Below, piece by piece: positions 1 to 13,519 of a stretch of 64,000 nucleotides of DNA. How positions within the stretch are numbered: the first letter of the stretch is position 1; each line of letters starts with the position of its first letter. Made by a program: the position numbers and the translations under genes. Origin of the DNA: Chiloscyllium plagiosum (taxonomy: Eukaryota); the NCBI RefSeq assembly GCF_004010195.1, contig NC_057720.1, positions 36,274,140 to 36,338,139 on the forward strand, given 5' to 3'. The notes under the pieces are model-generated. The model did no database searches, was not told where the DNA came from, and saw only the letters and a list, made by a program, of their open reading frames with translations.

Positions 1-375
1 CATTCAATATGATCATGGCTGCTCATCCTTAATCAGTATCCTGTTCCTGCCTTATCTCCATAACCCTTGATTCCACTATCCTTGAGAGCTCTATCCAACT
101 CTTTCTTAAATGAATCCAGAGACTGGGCCTCCACTGCACTCTGGGGCAGAGCATTCCACACAGCCACCACTCTCTGGGTGAAGAAGTTTCTCCTCATCTC
201 TGTCCTAAATGGTCTACCCCATATTTTTAAGCTGGTTCGGCACTCACCCATCAGCGGAAACATGTTTCCTGCCTCCAGGGTGTCCAATCCTTTAATAATC
301 TTATATGTCTCAATCAGATCCCCTCTCAGTCTTCTAATCTCAAGGGTATACAAGCCCAGTTGCTCCAGTCTTTCT
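1..375 (-). mobile_element. CR1-type LINE 3' fragment
   Basis: ORF 33..386 reads ERLEQLGLYTLEIRRLRGDLIETYKIIKG...RRNFFTQRVVAVWNALP, the typical CR1 ORF2 C-terminus. Confidence 0.9.
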
Positions 376-394
376 ATTATCTCCATGGTGAGAG

Positions 395-1005
395 TTTGCA
401 GAGCTCTGAGATACAGAGAGATCTGGGTGTCACGTTAGTACAGAAGTGTAGTAAGTAATCAGGAAAGCTAATGAAATATTCTGGTTTATTATGAGTGAAA
501 CTGAATGCAAGAGTAGCAAATTATGCTCGAGTTATAAATGGTATGGGTGCTACCGCATCTGGAGTATTGTGTACAGCACTGGTCATTCTACTTAAGGAAA
601 TATGTTAATGCATTGGAAGCAGTTCAGAGAAGATTCAATAGACTAATGGCTGGAATGAGTGGATTACCTTATGAAGAAAGGCTAAACTGGCTAGGCCTGC
701 ATCCTCTGGAGGTTAGAAGAGTCAGGGGTGACTGAATTGAAACATATGAGATGCTGAGAGGATTTGACCAGTGGATGTTGAAACATGTTTGCTCTTGTGG
801 TAGCATCTAGAACTAGCGATTATACTTTAAAAATAAGGGAACATCCATTTAAAACAAAGATGAAGAAATATTTTTTCTCTCAGACGGTTGATAATCTTTT
901 GATTTCCATTCCTCAAAAGGCACTGGATTCAGAATCTTTAAGGCAGAAGCAGATAGATTCTTGATTACTAAAACGATAAAAGAATATCAGGCATATGTTG
1001 GGGTG
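395..1005 (+). mobile_element. Degenerate CR1-type LINE 3' fragment
   Basis: PHLEYCVQHWS...LEAVQRRF...YEERLNWLGL in ORF 538..735. Confidence 0.85.
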
Positions 1006-1089
1006 CCTTTACTGAGAAGTTCTTCCTTCCCGCCCTGCATGTGGAGCATCATCCTGCCTGCCCTGTCCAAGTTGTTGATAAAACTTGGA

Positions 1090-1370
1090 CAGTAGGGTGG
1101 CTCAGTGGTTAGCACTGCTCAAAGCACCAGGGAATCTGGGTCAGTTCACCCTCCACTGTCTGTGTGGAGTTTTGTACATTCTCCCTGTTTCTTCTGGGTG
1201 CCATAGTTTCCTCCCACAGTCCGAAGATGTGCAAGTTAGGTGGATTAGCAATGGGAAATTTAGGGTTATAGGGATGGGATGAGTCTGGGCGGGATGCTCT
1301 GAAGGATCAGTGTAAACTCAATGGGCCGAATGGCCTGCTTCCACACTGTAGAGATTCTATGATTCTATGA
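1090..1370 (+). mobile_element. HE1-like tRNA-derived V-SINE
   Basis: A-box-like head gtggctcagtggttagcactg, core ctgtgtggagttt..cattctcc, and tail gggccgaatggcctgcttccacactgta with (ATTCTATG)n. Confidence 0.8.
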
Positions 1371-2296
1371 ACACCAAAGGTCAGCAAAAGAGCCATTACA
1401 GAGCCCACTTCAACAGTAATTGAGTTCCCCATGCACTAGAGATCCATCAGTTGCGCCAGGACCTATTATTTACAATTCCATTCAAAACGTCTTCCAACAA
1501 TATATTCCAGAGAACAGACCATATGTTTTCTACTACAGATGAAAATTAAAACACTTATGCTCAATTGTATCTTGATGAATATAACGAATAAGAATAAGCT
1601 CACTTTGTTTACTTTGTTGGATGAATTACTTTTTTAGTAGCATGGGAAGAGCTTGGCTGAATTCTAATTATGCAATGAGAGTTGGTGCTGTACTATTACA
1701 TAAACCCATGGATAGCGCATAATGTGAAATTTCAGAGAAATTCAATTATTCACTTTATAAAGATGTTTAGTTTAAGTAACTATTTGTATTTAAAATGTGC
1801 AGTTATAGTTTCCATGGACAACAACTTAAATTTGGATTTTGAGAAGGTATTTTAACACTCATGGATTCAGCAGGAATATTGGTTAACTGGGCTAAGATAG
1901 CAAATTGGATTTGTACTGTTCTGCAACTCCCTACCCTCTTAACTGCAAAAGGGGCTAGCAATTTCAGTCTCCCCATAGGAACAAGGGCCTAGTTTAAATG
2001 CCACAGTCCTGATAACATAAAGTTTGCATGCACTAATTTAACAGCCCACTAAGGACCTCATAGACTTTGAGTATAGGCCGGTGGTAGGTAGCATCATGTT
2101 GCAGGAGGTCTGGTTCAATGTTTTGTTTTAACTTTCAGAAATTTGGTGTTGGTTTCTCCTGGCCCATTAAGAATCATGGAGGCCCCGTTAAGTGTGATTG
2201 GCAATTGCTAAGTTTTTGTTAGGCAAGGGAAATAAGGATTACAGAGCAAAGCTGAATAGATTGGGTTCAAATATGCATTTAGATTTGGTCTAAACT

Positions 2297-2424
2297 AAAA
2301 GTGCTATGGATGCTGGAGATCTAAAAGTAGGAAGTGCTGGAGAGTCTCAGCATATCTGGCAGTATCTGTGGAGAGAGAAATAAGAGTTAATGTTTTGAAT
2401 CCAAGATAACTCTTCTTCAGAACT
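2297..2424 (-). mobile_element. Old Penelope terminal-repeat-derived fragment with degenerate hammerhead-like core
   Basis: gatgctggagatct...gctggagagtctcagcatatctggcagtatctg resembles the family described below. The minus strand reads CTGAAGA-agagttatcttggattc-AAAA. Confidence 0.5.
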
Positions 2425-5111
2425 AAGATTGAATGACATAATCTGTTTCCCATGTTACTTTCCCTATTCCTCCCTTACCTTGCTAGGGATAATGTTTGTG
2501 GGCTCCTGCTGACAGGCTGACCACCCACCCTTCACCTTCTGTCACCGCACCCTCTGAAATTGCACAAAGAATCCACCAGTACTGTCAGTATTCCACTGCT
2601 TTTATACAGAAATTGTGGCAAGTATTTCACATGATGCCCATGTATTTTAATTCCCTAGACCTCACATTCAGGGGTGCCAGAAAAGCCCCTGATATCCTCC
2701 CATTTCTACCCCTGGTTCAAATTGGGGCTGTAGTTTCATGTAAGGTTTGACAATTGTTTCTTGTATTCCTTACTCGTGTTAGCAAAGAACAGTAATTCAT
2801 CTCACCAACCCTTCAAAAAAAACTCAGCAATTTTGTTGAGAGTTAGTAATCACACGTTAGGCATCCTTAATGCAATCCTAATACTGTACTCTATTGTGTC
2901 TTGTCCAACAAAAAAAAATCATTGTACAAAGGCCTGAATGTGAGAAATATTTTTAAAAAGGGTCTGTGATGAAGGAGTTAAAAAGAAGCAAGATTGTTCT
3001 GAAAGGAATCCTTGCCACTAATGGAAAGATCGAAAGCCTCTATATCACTTAGTACATGTCTACTTCCACTTTATACCTAAGGCATTCATTGTCTCAACTT
3101 TGGCTTGGTTCAATCAAACACAAGCCTAACATACAGCATCACTTGTGCATCAGGACATTGAAATATGGCTACAATTAGCTCAGATACAGTTCAATTATGA
3201 TAAACAGTGCAGCACCCTTTAAGCTATGATTAAAAGGCCTCCCCTTTGATAAAGAGACCTAATTTCACATTATTATTGCCGGGGCTTGATTATAAAATAC
3301 TCTCTGAATTTACAGTGAAGAGATGGATGTCGGGCCGTCTTTATCATCTTCAGATCAGTGGTGATGCAGAGCTCTTCTCCCATACCATTCATTTTGATTT
3401 TTTCAGCGTGGCACCGCTATAGTCTGCCACACACAGCTGGGCAAAGTCACCCTTACGGTAACAGCATGATAGATTACTGCACCATAATGAAATGGAGACA
3501 TCAAGCCTCCACACAAAAACATAATCCAACAGGATTGGACTGTCCTGAATGGAGAAGAAGAATCACTTCTCTCTCAGCTTCATCAAGAAAAAAAATTACA
3601 CATTGCAGTTCCAGTATCTTAAAGCTGCACTGTACAATTTTGATTTTCTTCACAGACTTTTTAAAATCTTGCTTTTTTTTAACCATTTCAAAACATTTAG
3701 AATTATTCCCAACATTTAAATATGAATGGCATAATCCTGTAAATATTAGTCACATTTTTGGTGAATCCTTTTTGAGTAAACATATTTTTGTCTTTTCAGT
3801 TTTTACATTAGTCAGGTTTTAACCTCTTCTCATTTTGTTCCCCTTTTCCTTTTTAATTCAGCCTTCTGTATATCCATCTTCTTTTAAAATCTTTATGTTT
3901 CAATTAAATATCTTTACAGAAATGTTAAATGCAAAAAGGATAAAATAATCATTTCAGTAAAAGTCATTTCAGAACTTTCTTCACTGAAACAGATTTATAA
4001 TTAAACTGGATAATAATGAGGAATTTAAAACAATTTATCTGTGCGTTTTGATGTAAGAATCTTGAAACTGTTTCAGATGAATTGTTGTTTATTTTTATGA
4101 CATCTTAGTACTTACTTCCATTGTCTAACACAGAATATGGGAGGACACAAAAAAAATCAATCTCAATCACCAATACGTAAAGCAAACAAATTCATAGGTC
4201 AGTTAGCTGCACAAAAACATGTATCAGGGCAAGGTCTAAAAGTAATCCAGGCTGATTTACAGGGTTACGATAGTCTGCAGCTTCAACAACTGCACCTCAA
4301 TCATTGATGAGTTGTTTATTTTACAACTGACTACAACTATTGAAAATACTAATGGAACTGTCTTTTCTCTGGCTGTGCTATTCTTTCTGTACCTTTCACA
4401 TTGGTATGACTTTCTGTGATTGAACTGTCCATGACATACACTATTTTTTAAAAAAAACTCTTCTTCATCCAAAGGAAATGTTATTTCTCTCACTGTTTAC
4501 AACAATTCACATTGAATTGGCAGAGATCCTTTTTAGGTGAAATGGAGGTTTTCAAATAAAAAATGATGTTTCTTCTAAACTGAGCAGCCTTGCTTTTTAC
4601 TTTACATTGGGCTTCTGTTGATCTGGGAAAGTAGTGATTAAGTGACTTGGTCAATTTCAGTGAAGGGTTGCCCACTTTGGAATAAGATGTTCAACTGTTG
4701 ATGTACCCCTTTCTGAGAAACTTAAAAATCATAGCACTTGCAGCATCTAAAAAAAATGTTTTGAAAGAAGTCTTTGTATTTTGGATCGTCAATCTGGACT
4801 TCCTCACATTTAAAAAAGCATATTAATGCACTTTGCCTCAAATTTGCTTGCTCAAATCTGCTCAGAAGGACAGACAAATTATTAGGTAACATTTTATGCA
4901 CTCTGGTTCGAAGTTGATGACTGAAACCTAAGATGGAAATTCTGCTGATTGTCCTCCATTTGTGATGAATCGTGTCATTTACCACACCTATTGTCCCAAC
5001 AAGTTTGATACTTTGCCCACATTTGAGAAGTCTTAAGACAAATGTCAGCTCAGAATGACATTCAAAACTGATCTATGAAACACCGCAATTAAATTTTCTT
5101 TCTTACTTTGA

Positions 5112-5417
5112 GGCGGCACGGTGGCTCAGTGGTTAACACTGCTGCCTCGCAGTGCCAGGGACCGGGGTTTGATTCCTGGCTCAGGCAACTGTCTGTGTGG
5201 AGGTTGCACATTCTCCCTGTGGGTTTCCTCTGGTTTCCTCGCACAATCCAAAGATGTGCATGTCAGGTGAATTAGCCATGCTAAATTGCCCATAGTGTTA
5301 GGTGCATTAGTCAGAAGTAAATATAGGCAAGGGGGACGGGTTACTCTTCAGAGGGTTGTTGTGGACTTGTTGGGCCGAAGGGCCTGTTTCCATACTGTGG
5401 GTAATCTAATCTAATCT
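5112..5417 (+). mobile_element. HE1-like V-SINE, near full length
   Basis: Head ggcggcacggtggctcagtggttaacactgctgcctcgcagtgccagggaccggggtttgattcc with A and B boxes, V-core, and tail gggccgaagggcctgtttcc plus (TAATC)n. Confidence 0.9.
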
Positions 5418-7222
5418 ATTTTGCACACAAAGCACACAGGAGAGCTGCAGAAACTGTGTTGTGAACTTTATTGGCAGTCATTACTTTCTCGTTGATTTGC
5501 TCACAGGAATGTATAGTTTAACAGAGAAAGACTACCTTTATTTGAAGGTTGGAAATAGAAACCCAGCAAAATATCTTTCTGCTGAAAATTATATATTTTT
5601 AAATTAAGTATTCAATTTCAGAAGGGTGTTTGGGTTTGGGGTGTTTACTCATTATACTCATTGCATATTATCCAGTTTAGTTATAAATCTGTTTCAGTAA
5701 AGAAAATTCTGAAATGATATTTTTCTTCCAGACCAAATGGACTTGTGTGTTAAAAATGAGCAGATTTGTTGGGTGATGTCCAATAGCAAAAACAATTGAG
5801 GGGTCTTATTTTGATAGTTCATTAGTTTTTAATTTTTTCTCCCATTGAGAGAAGGTAGCAAGTAGTTGAAGACTTACAAAATGAGCATCCTCACGTAATG
5901 GTTCTTGGATTCCTTTTGTTAATTAGTGGATATAGAGATTTTATTTTACTGAGGTAAAGGTTGCTTTAGCAGAATCACCTAAACAGACTATCCTGTCCTT
6001 ACTAGAGCAAACATAAAAAGCTTACAGCTAATTTGTGTACATCAAATCGCCATAAATTTGCAGAAATAAAAAATGGATTTACAACTCAGTGGTGGAGAAC
6101 ATATTGAAATAGTTACTGTTTTAATATTTGCTAATCTGTGAGCAAGACATTTTTTGAGATCTTCTAAATTAGCTTTTCATGCATCCAAAAATTATTAATT
6201 GATCTTCCACCAGGAGAAATCAGTCCTTGAAAGTGGAATAAATTACAACTTTGGTAGAGCCGATGAACCAGTCACTGAAGGTAGAACACAGCTCCAAAAG
6301 ATCCACTGATTCAGTGGTGGATCAGATGAAGCGAAGAAAAAGCAGCAAAAGCAATAATGGGCTGGAGATGGATGGATAAGCAGAGTAAAATTAAAATAGA
6401 TGCAAGCTGGTGAGTTATGTTATTTTTCAGTTCAGTCAAAGATTGCAAGTCACCAGCTCCAGGTTCATTGGCAAGTGTCTTTTTTACCATTGCTACAGCT
6501 CTATAGCATCTTTTAAAGAATAAAAATATACGGAAGTCACAATTTTCCAAGTGCTGTTCTTACAGGCCATTTTAAAATTACTATAGACCAGATTTCAACT
6601 ATGACAGAGAGCCTTTCTCCAAACATCATAATCCTGCCCCTAAACATGGCAGAGTCAGGATCTGTTTCATACATGCACTTTTTACAGGGTCAGTTGGCCA
6701 GTTCAATTCGCAGCCAACTCTACTGAAGTGAGATTTTGGCAGCCTTGAGCCCAGATTTTCACTGAGTTCAGGTGCATAGAGACAAGAGAATTCCCAGCTC
6801 CATAAATCCAGCCTTTAAAAACAACTACGTAGACATTGAAAATTCAATTATGAGGCATTTGGACTGTGAGGACTTGTGAGATGAGGGCTGGAGGTCTATT
6901 TCATCATTTTTTTCTATATTTCAAAATTTTGGAGACAGGAGTGGATTCTTGAGGCAAGCCTTCATTCCAGCCAACCTCTGCACCCAGTAGCCTCCTTGAT
7001 TCTGTAATCTGGTTTCCAGCATCTGCAGTCATTGTTTTTACCTCTGTAAGGGTTGCCTACCCAAACTTCTAATCCAGCACGCCAGCCCAGACTGAAAACT
7101 TGACATCCAGGCTGTATTCATGGAGCTGGAAATACTTGCATCTTTGCATACTTGAGCAAAACTCTGGGCCTATGTTTATAAAGAAAACAGTATTCTGCTG
7201 TGTAAGGACTTAAGATGGTGTA

Positions 7223-7396
7223 CAGCATCCAGGGAACAGGAGATTCGACATTTCGGGCACAGGCCCTTCTTCAGGAAGAAGGGCCTGTGCCCGAAACGTC
7301 GAATCTCCTGTTCCCTGGATGCTGCCTGACCTGCTGTGCTGTTCCAGCAATAAAGTTTCAACTTTGATCTCCAGCATCTGCAGACCTCACTTTCTC
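7223..7396. mobile_element. Fold-back Penelope-derived short element with hammerhead motif and 14-bp TSD
   Basis: Inverted arms of about 50 bp with 1 mismatch. TSD cttaagatggtgta at 7209-7222 and 7397-7410. Minus strand reads ttc CTGAAGA agggcctgtgccc GAAA tgtc gaa. Confidence 0.85.
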
Positions 7397-7656
7397 CTTA
7401 AGATGGTGTATAATCCACTGATCCAATAAAATTATTCCATTACCAATTTTGACCTAAGAATGTGGCATTCCACCACCATATGACACTGGTCTTGCAGGAC
7501 TAAGTTATTTTTCAATAATTTTGGCCTGATTAAGCAAATGAGGAATTAAATTATATTAAATTATGGTTATTTATTACATCCTATAAGGGAGGATAGTCAC
7601 AGGGCTGAGGGTAAAAGGAAGGTCATGTGTTTATGGTTCAATCTACTATAAATTCA

Positions 7657-7963
7657 TGGTGGCACAGTAATTAACACTGCTGCTTCACATTGCCAGGGGC
7701 CTGGGTTTGACTTCTGCCTTGGGTGACTGTATGGTGTTTGCATGTTCACTCCATGTCTGTGTGATTGTTCACTCGAGGCTCTGGTTTCCTCTCACAGTAT
7801 GAAGATGTGCAGGTTACATAGATTGGCCATACTAAATTGCTCCATATTATCCAGGGATGGAAAGCTAGGTGAATTAGTCATTGTAATAGAAAGTTAGGAT
7901 CTTTAGAGTTTGGAGCAGTTTTGATGGGCTGAATAGCCTCTGTCTGAACTGTAGGGATTCTAG
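7657..7963 (+). mobile_element. Degenerate HE1-like SINE
   Basis: tggtggcacagtaattaacactgctgcttcacattgccagggg head with degenerate core and tail. Confidence 0.7.
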
Positions 7964-9022
7964 AAAAACAATCCATCTAACAAATTTGGAAATGTAAAAA
8001 GCTTTTATGAAGAACCCAGTTAAATTATAAATTAATTTAATTTTGTACTTTGAAGTCTGTAACTAGTCTATGTATTTCAGTTTTATGTAGTTATTTTGAA
8101 CTTGTTATTTACCTATTTTGCTGTAACTTGCAATGGTAACAGCAACCTCACTGTCAGCTAATCACTAAAAGCTTCTGAAGTATGCTATGGTTCTTACTAA
8201 TGTGACTCCTGTTTCTTTAGAAGATCAGAAAGAGCCAGTGTCAATTTATGAAACTAATTTCAGTTGACACATTTCAGGCATAAATAGTTGTTGTAGCATC
8301 ATAGATAGTTGTTATAAGTAAAATATATTGATAGGATGAGGAATTTTCCAGAATGTTTAGATGAATCAGTTAGATATTTGAGACAATATTAAATCACTAG
8401 GAAGCGACACTACATACTCTCAAACAGTTGTACAAACTAGTCTGCAGTTATCTTTGTAGAGATCCATGAAGTTAGTAAGCTAAAAGGAACAAAAAATTAT
8501 GATCCTCCAAGTGATTCAAGGAGCAAGTCAGGTTATAGGAGGAAATGAAATCAGTAAGATAATCATCACTTTTAAAGAAACCAATTAGATATTGGAAACA
8601 CACTGGTTAGCCAATCTGAGATTGATTATGTACTGTTTGTGCATTGACAAGCCAATTAAAGTTCAGAATGCCTTTGATCATGCACAGGGAGTAGTGGTTA
8701 ACAATGGATAATAAATGGTGATTCTTTAGTTAATAGGTGAAAATTGTCATAGGTGATCTGGTGGTGGAAATAAAAGCGTTTTGGTTCCGTGTGATAGTAT
8801 TTTCAAATATATATAAAAATGTGGCAACTGTTAAGAACCATAATAGTAGTTGTAGTATAGTGGTAGTTTCCCTATTTCTGGACCACAATGCCAGGTGTGA
8901 ATCCCACCCGTTCCAGATGTGTGTCATAACATATCTGAAGAAGTTGTTTAGAGAATACTGAAATGGCGACTCTTTGTGGTTTCTTGACAAAGATAACTAA
9001 GACAGAAGGAATACTACCTCAT

Positions 9023-9150
9023 TCTTGATGAAGGGCTTTTGCCCGAAATGTCAATTTTCCTGCTCCTTGGATGCTCCCTGACCTGCTGTGCTTTTCCAGC
9101 ACCACACTCTTGACTCTAATCTCCAGCATCTGCAGTCATCACTTTCGCCT
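9023..9150 (+). mobile_element. Single-arm copy of the Penelope-derived short element
   Basis: Starts tcttgatgaagggcttttgcccgaaatgtc and ends gcagtcatcactttcgcc. Flanked by the imperfect direct repeat gaaggaatac(tac)ctca. Confidence 0.8.
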
Positions 9151-10759
9151 CGAAGGAATACCTCAGTCAACCATAGAGAATGAGAGACATGCTTCCAGTT
9201 AGTCAATAACTACAAGTTGATATTCCATTGTGAATCAACTCAAACCGTTGCCTTATTAAGTATCATTTATTTTGTATTTGGTTTTAATAAATTGTGTGAA
9301 AGTGGTGAAATCATGCCTGTAACTGAACAGGACTAGTAGACTTCAGATTGGCTTTCTCTATTGAGCCAATGTTTTAACTTGATATCTCACATTTGCTACT
9401 GCTGCTGCTATTGTGGATCCTTACTCCATTTGTTTATTGCATATTCACATTATCCAACATTGTTTGGGACAGTCAGTAAGAGCAACTTGGAATAAGGTTG
9501 TCTTATACAGATAAACTTATGAATAGATTCTATGCTTTCTGTCATAAGTTGGTAAACCTGGCATAACAGGTGGAATCTTACATCCTTTTAGATTTATTAG
9601 TCTTTGGGACCCATTTGTGGATCCACAGACCAATACTGCTGGCTTTGCATTTTTTTCAGTATATCTGTGGGCCAGTGACAAGACCCTCCTGCCTATTGCA
9701 AAATGCTGCTGTCCTGTTGTTTCAACAGGGGCGGGTATCTAGAGCTGTGGAGATATCGGTGTATCAGAAAGTTGCACCCATTTGATCCCTTAATTGACCT
9801 GTTGGCTACTTGCTGCTGCTGAGTAGGTAACTGTGATCGTTCCATCACTGGCAAGATTGCTCAGAATCAGGAATGTGCTGGGAAGCTGACCCCAAACTGC
9901 AAGTATCAAATTTTGCTCCTGTCTCCGACCTTCAAATTCAATGTGAGTTTTTTTTCAAACCAACTGGATCTATTGGAATTGGCCTAATTATAGATTTTAA
10001 GTGATCCATTGGACTGAATTAACCTGCCAATCAGAGCTCACAGAATGCAAAAAGGCATGAGAAAAATTTCAAATCATCAGACCATAAAAGCCTGCAGACC
10101 AGTGATGTGGCCATTCAGTCGTTCCAAAACCTGAGAGAAAGTGAAAATTGTTTTTCAGCTTTACGCTGTTGGAACAATTTTGAAATTGTGTGCAAGGAAC
10201 TGTGGAGCAAACTAAATGGCTGATAAATATTAATGTGTAGCAGAAAAAAATGTGGAGGCAGAAGCAACTGAAACAGTAACACAGGTCTCGAGACATGCCT
10301 TGGGTCAAGTAATTGTGGGTAGACCTGCCCTATTTGACACCATCCCCAGAGGAGAGCAGTACAGCAATGAGTGTAAGACCAGTGTTGCAGTGTTTCTTTA
10401 TTTGCTAAAGAAAGTTACTAACCAATATTTATTTAAACATTGATGCACTATGGGTACAACTTAGAATTGTGACTTTGCCGATCTGATCAATTCAAAGGAT
10501 TTCACGTATATTGGTTGTAACAGAACATAACTACACCATCTAATATAGAACTAATGGCTAGATTGTATCATCAATTATTTCATGTCACATGAAACTGGAA
10601 CAAGTGAAAAAGGTTCTACTGAAGTAGTGCAGAACTATCTTTCTGTACCTAGTGTAAATATTTAATAAATGTTCATCAGTTTGCAGGAATATGGTGTACA
10701 GTCTTCATCCACCATCCTGTTGTGATATTTATAGATGGTTACTTAAACATAAAGTAAGT

Positions 10760-12360
10760 GGTTAAAATTGCAGGAGACACTAAGGGTGACAATGGTGTAG
10801 AATTTACTCTGGCTGGGAGACTTCAGTACTTAGTGCCAAGAGCAGCTGGATATAACAACTATTGTCCAAGCTGGCTGAGTCCTAACAGACATTGCAGCAG
10901 GTGGTGAGGGAACCAACAAAAGGAGAAAAACACGTTTGATCTCATCTTTACCAATCCAACTGGAGCAGATGCATCTGTCCAAGTTAGTATTGGTGGCTGA
11001 GACTATTATTGAAAGTTTCCTCCATCATGAGTGGCACTAGCACTGTCCTGATTAGAACAGGCTTTGATCAAATCTAGCAATTCGAGCATCCATAAGACAC
11101 AGAGGTCAATCAGCTGTAGCAGCAGAATTGTATTCAACCTTATTGTATTCAGCCTTATTGTATTCAGCCTTGTATATACCCTGGCATTGTCCCAATCTAT
11201 CATTACCACCAGGCTGACAGACCATTCATGGTTCAATGAAGAGTGTAGGAGGACATGCCAGGATTAGCACTAAATTAGGTGTCGGCTTGGTGTGAAGTGA
11301 CAAGATTACTTGCGTGTCAAACAATAGAAGCAGCATAAAATAGAAAGCCCTCAATCAGTTGTTCAGATGTAAGTTCTGCAGTCTTGCATAACCAGTCACA
11401 AATGATGATGGATAATGAAATAATTAACAGGAAGAGAGGCTACACAAATATTTTCATCCTGGGGGAGTACAGTACTTCACCTTCAAAAGACAAGATTGAA
11501 GAAGTGTGATTCGCTTTCAGCCAGATCTCCCTAGTGCACAATCCTTCTATGGCTTCCAGCAAACCAGGTGCCAGTCTTCAACCAATTCAATTCACTCCAT
11601 ATGATTTCAGCTGAAAACACTGTAAAGGCAGTGGATCTGACTGAGAAATCAGCAGGTCTGGCAGCATATATGGACAGAGAGACAAAGTTAACATTTCAAG
11701 TACCTCTTTCTCTCTCTCCACAGATTCTGCCTGACTTTCTCCAGCATTCTGTGTTTGCTCAGAATGCCAGCATCTGCAGTATTTTGCCTGTTCTAGTCCT
11801 GACAATATTTCTGTAACAGTACTGCAGACAATTTGGAAAGTTGCCCAGGCATCTCCTGTTCACAAAAAGCAGGAGAAATGTCAAACTTGGCCAATGACCA
11901 TCTTATCAGTCTACTCTTGGTCATCAGCATAACAAAGCAAGGGATTGGCAATTATGTTATCAAGTGGCATTGTCTCGGAAAACTCTGCTTACTATTGCTC
12001 ACTTTAGGTTCCGCAAGGGCCACTCAGTTCCTGACCTCATTACTACTTTGGTCTAAATATGGACAAGAATGTTGAAGTCCAGAGGTGAGGTAAGAGTGAC
12101 TGCTGAGTCAGCATTTGACCACATACCAAATATCTAAGAGCCCCATCAACTGGAGCTAGTGGGTACTGAGGGAAAACTTTCTGCTGATTGGAGTCTTATT
12201 TAGCACAAAGGAAGATAGTTGTGTTTGTTGAATGTCAATCATCTCAGTTTTTGTAGGGAGTGCCCTTGGCCCAAACACCTTTCAACTGCTTCATCAATGA
12301 ACTTCCCTCCAGCATAGGGTCAAAAGTGGGATGTTCACTGATGGTTGCAAGATGTTCAGC
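10760..12360 (+). mobile_element. Degenerate LINE (CR1/L2-group family also at 17450-23860 and 62870-63830)
   Basis: Shares segments with the other copies, such as tccagaggtgaggtaagagtgactgc and ttcaactgcttcatcaatga, and has an RT remnant (atgttcactgatg). Interrupted near 11630-11790 by a Penelope-repeat fragment. Confidence 0.65.
11129..11174. repeat. 15-bp tandem repeat, about 3 copies (ttgtattca[a/g]cctta)
   Basis: Directly visible; produces the IVFNL/IVFSL repeat in the ORF track. Confidence 0.9.
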
Positions 12361-13519
12361 AAAAAAGAGAATTCCATTTAGAAGTCATGATGTGTGAGGA
12401 ATTCAGTTGGAGTAAGTAAGTGAAAGATTTAAGAAGATAATCCCAAGGGAGGACTCAGAGGTTGTCATATTGCAGGGAATTAGTTTTTGAAACATCATGA
12501 CTGCCTCTCCCAATTCCTCAATATCACTTTGACATCGGATTCAAATATGCAAGCAGGAATGAAATTAGAAAAGAAAGAATTTTTGATTTTTGACTGCAAG
12601 TTTCCAATCGGCAGTGTCTTGTTTATTGCAACCTGTTATTGTATGGTCCTTTTATATTTGAGAAAGGCCTCAGCTGTGAACCCCACTTGCATTTCTTCTG
12701 AGATTGGCTCACCTTTGTGAGGACCATGTTATTTGAATTTCCTTCTCAAGGCTATTGATGTGATGCAGTTTCTCAAATCCCTAAAAAAAAACACGAGGTT
12801 TGAAAGTTTATAACTACTGGGGGAAGTCTTCTAAGGAACCTGGAGCACCTCACAGTTAAATGTTTTGCCTCCTTAAAATGTGGCTGTTAGGCACTAATGT
12901 ATAATTTGGATTTTTTTAAAATGTTGATTCATCACAGGGATCTGTCTTGCAAAGTTAAGTTGATGATTACATTAACTATCACAAAGTAAATGTTGAGATG
13001 CATTGCAGTACTTTTTCCAATGGGTTGAGTGCAATACTGCTTTTATATCTGTAGAAGAGTCTGCTCAAAACCTCTCACATATTTTGCACTGTGACACATG
13101 GCCATGCTGTTGAACATTTTAAAAACCTCCATTCACTACACTTCATTGGTTCACAGGCATTCTGCTTTGAAATCGAAAAGACACATCATCTGCAGCTTTT
13201 TAAAAAACATACATACAAACATGTAATGTTTTAGTTTCAACTGACTCAATTGTTAGTATTTCTCAGGATTTGTTTTGATATGGAGTTGCTGTGAATTATG
13301 AATACATGGGAATTATGAGATAGCATATTGGGAGCATGGGGATCTGAGGAGGCATGATGGGTGGAATGAACTACTTTGGTGTGCACTCACCCAGTGTGCT
13401 GCTTCAGGACTCAGAAGCCAAAACCCTACGTATGGAAATGTTCTGATTCTCATTTTCCAATAAAAACAAGGTTTGTAGCATTTCTACTTGTGGAAAAATG
13501 CAAAATCAGAAATGGCAAC

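Noticed and set aside
3358..3822. 154-aa plus-strand ORF
   Set aside because: It has a GTG start, low-complexity F/I/S-rich composition, and lies in the ERI3 intron with no homology I can recognise.
5112..5180. tRNA gene
   Set aside because: This is the tRNA-derived head of a SINE, with no complete cloverleaf and followed by the SINE core and tail.
12661..12700. KGLS-encoding stretch considered as the penultimate ERI3 exon
   Set aside because: The flanking residues do not match and there are no suitable splice sites. That exon is probably outside the window.
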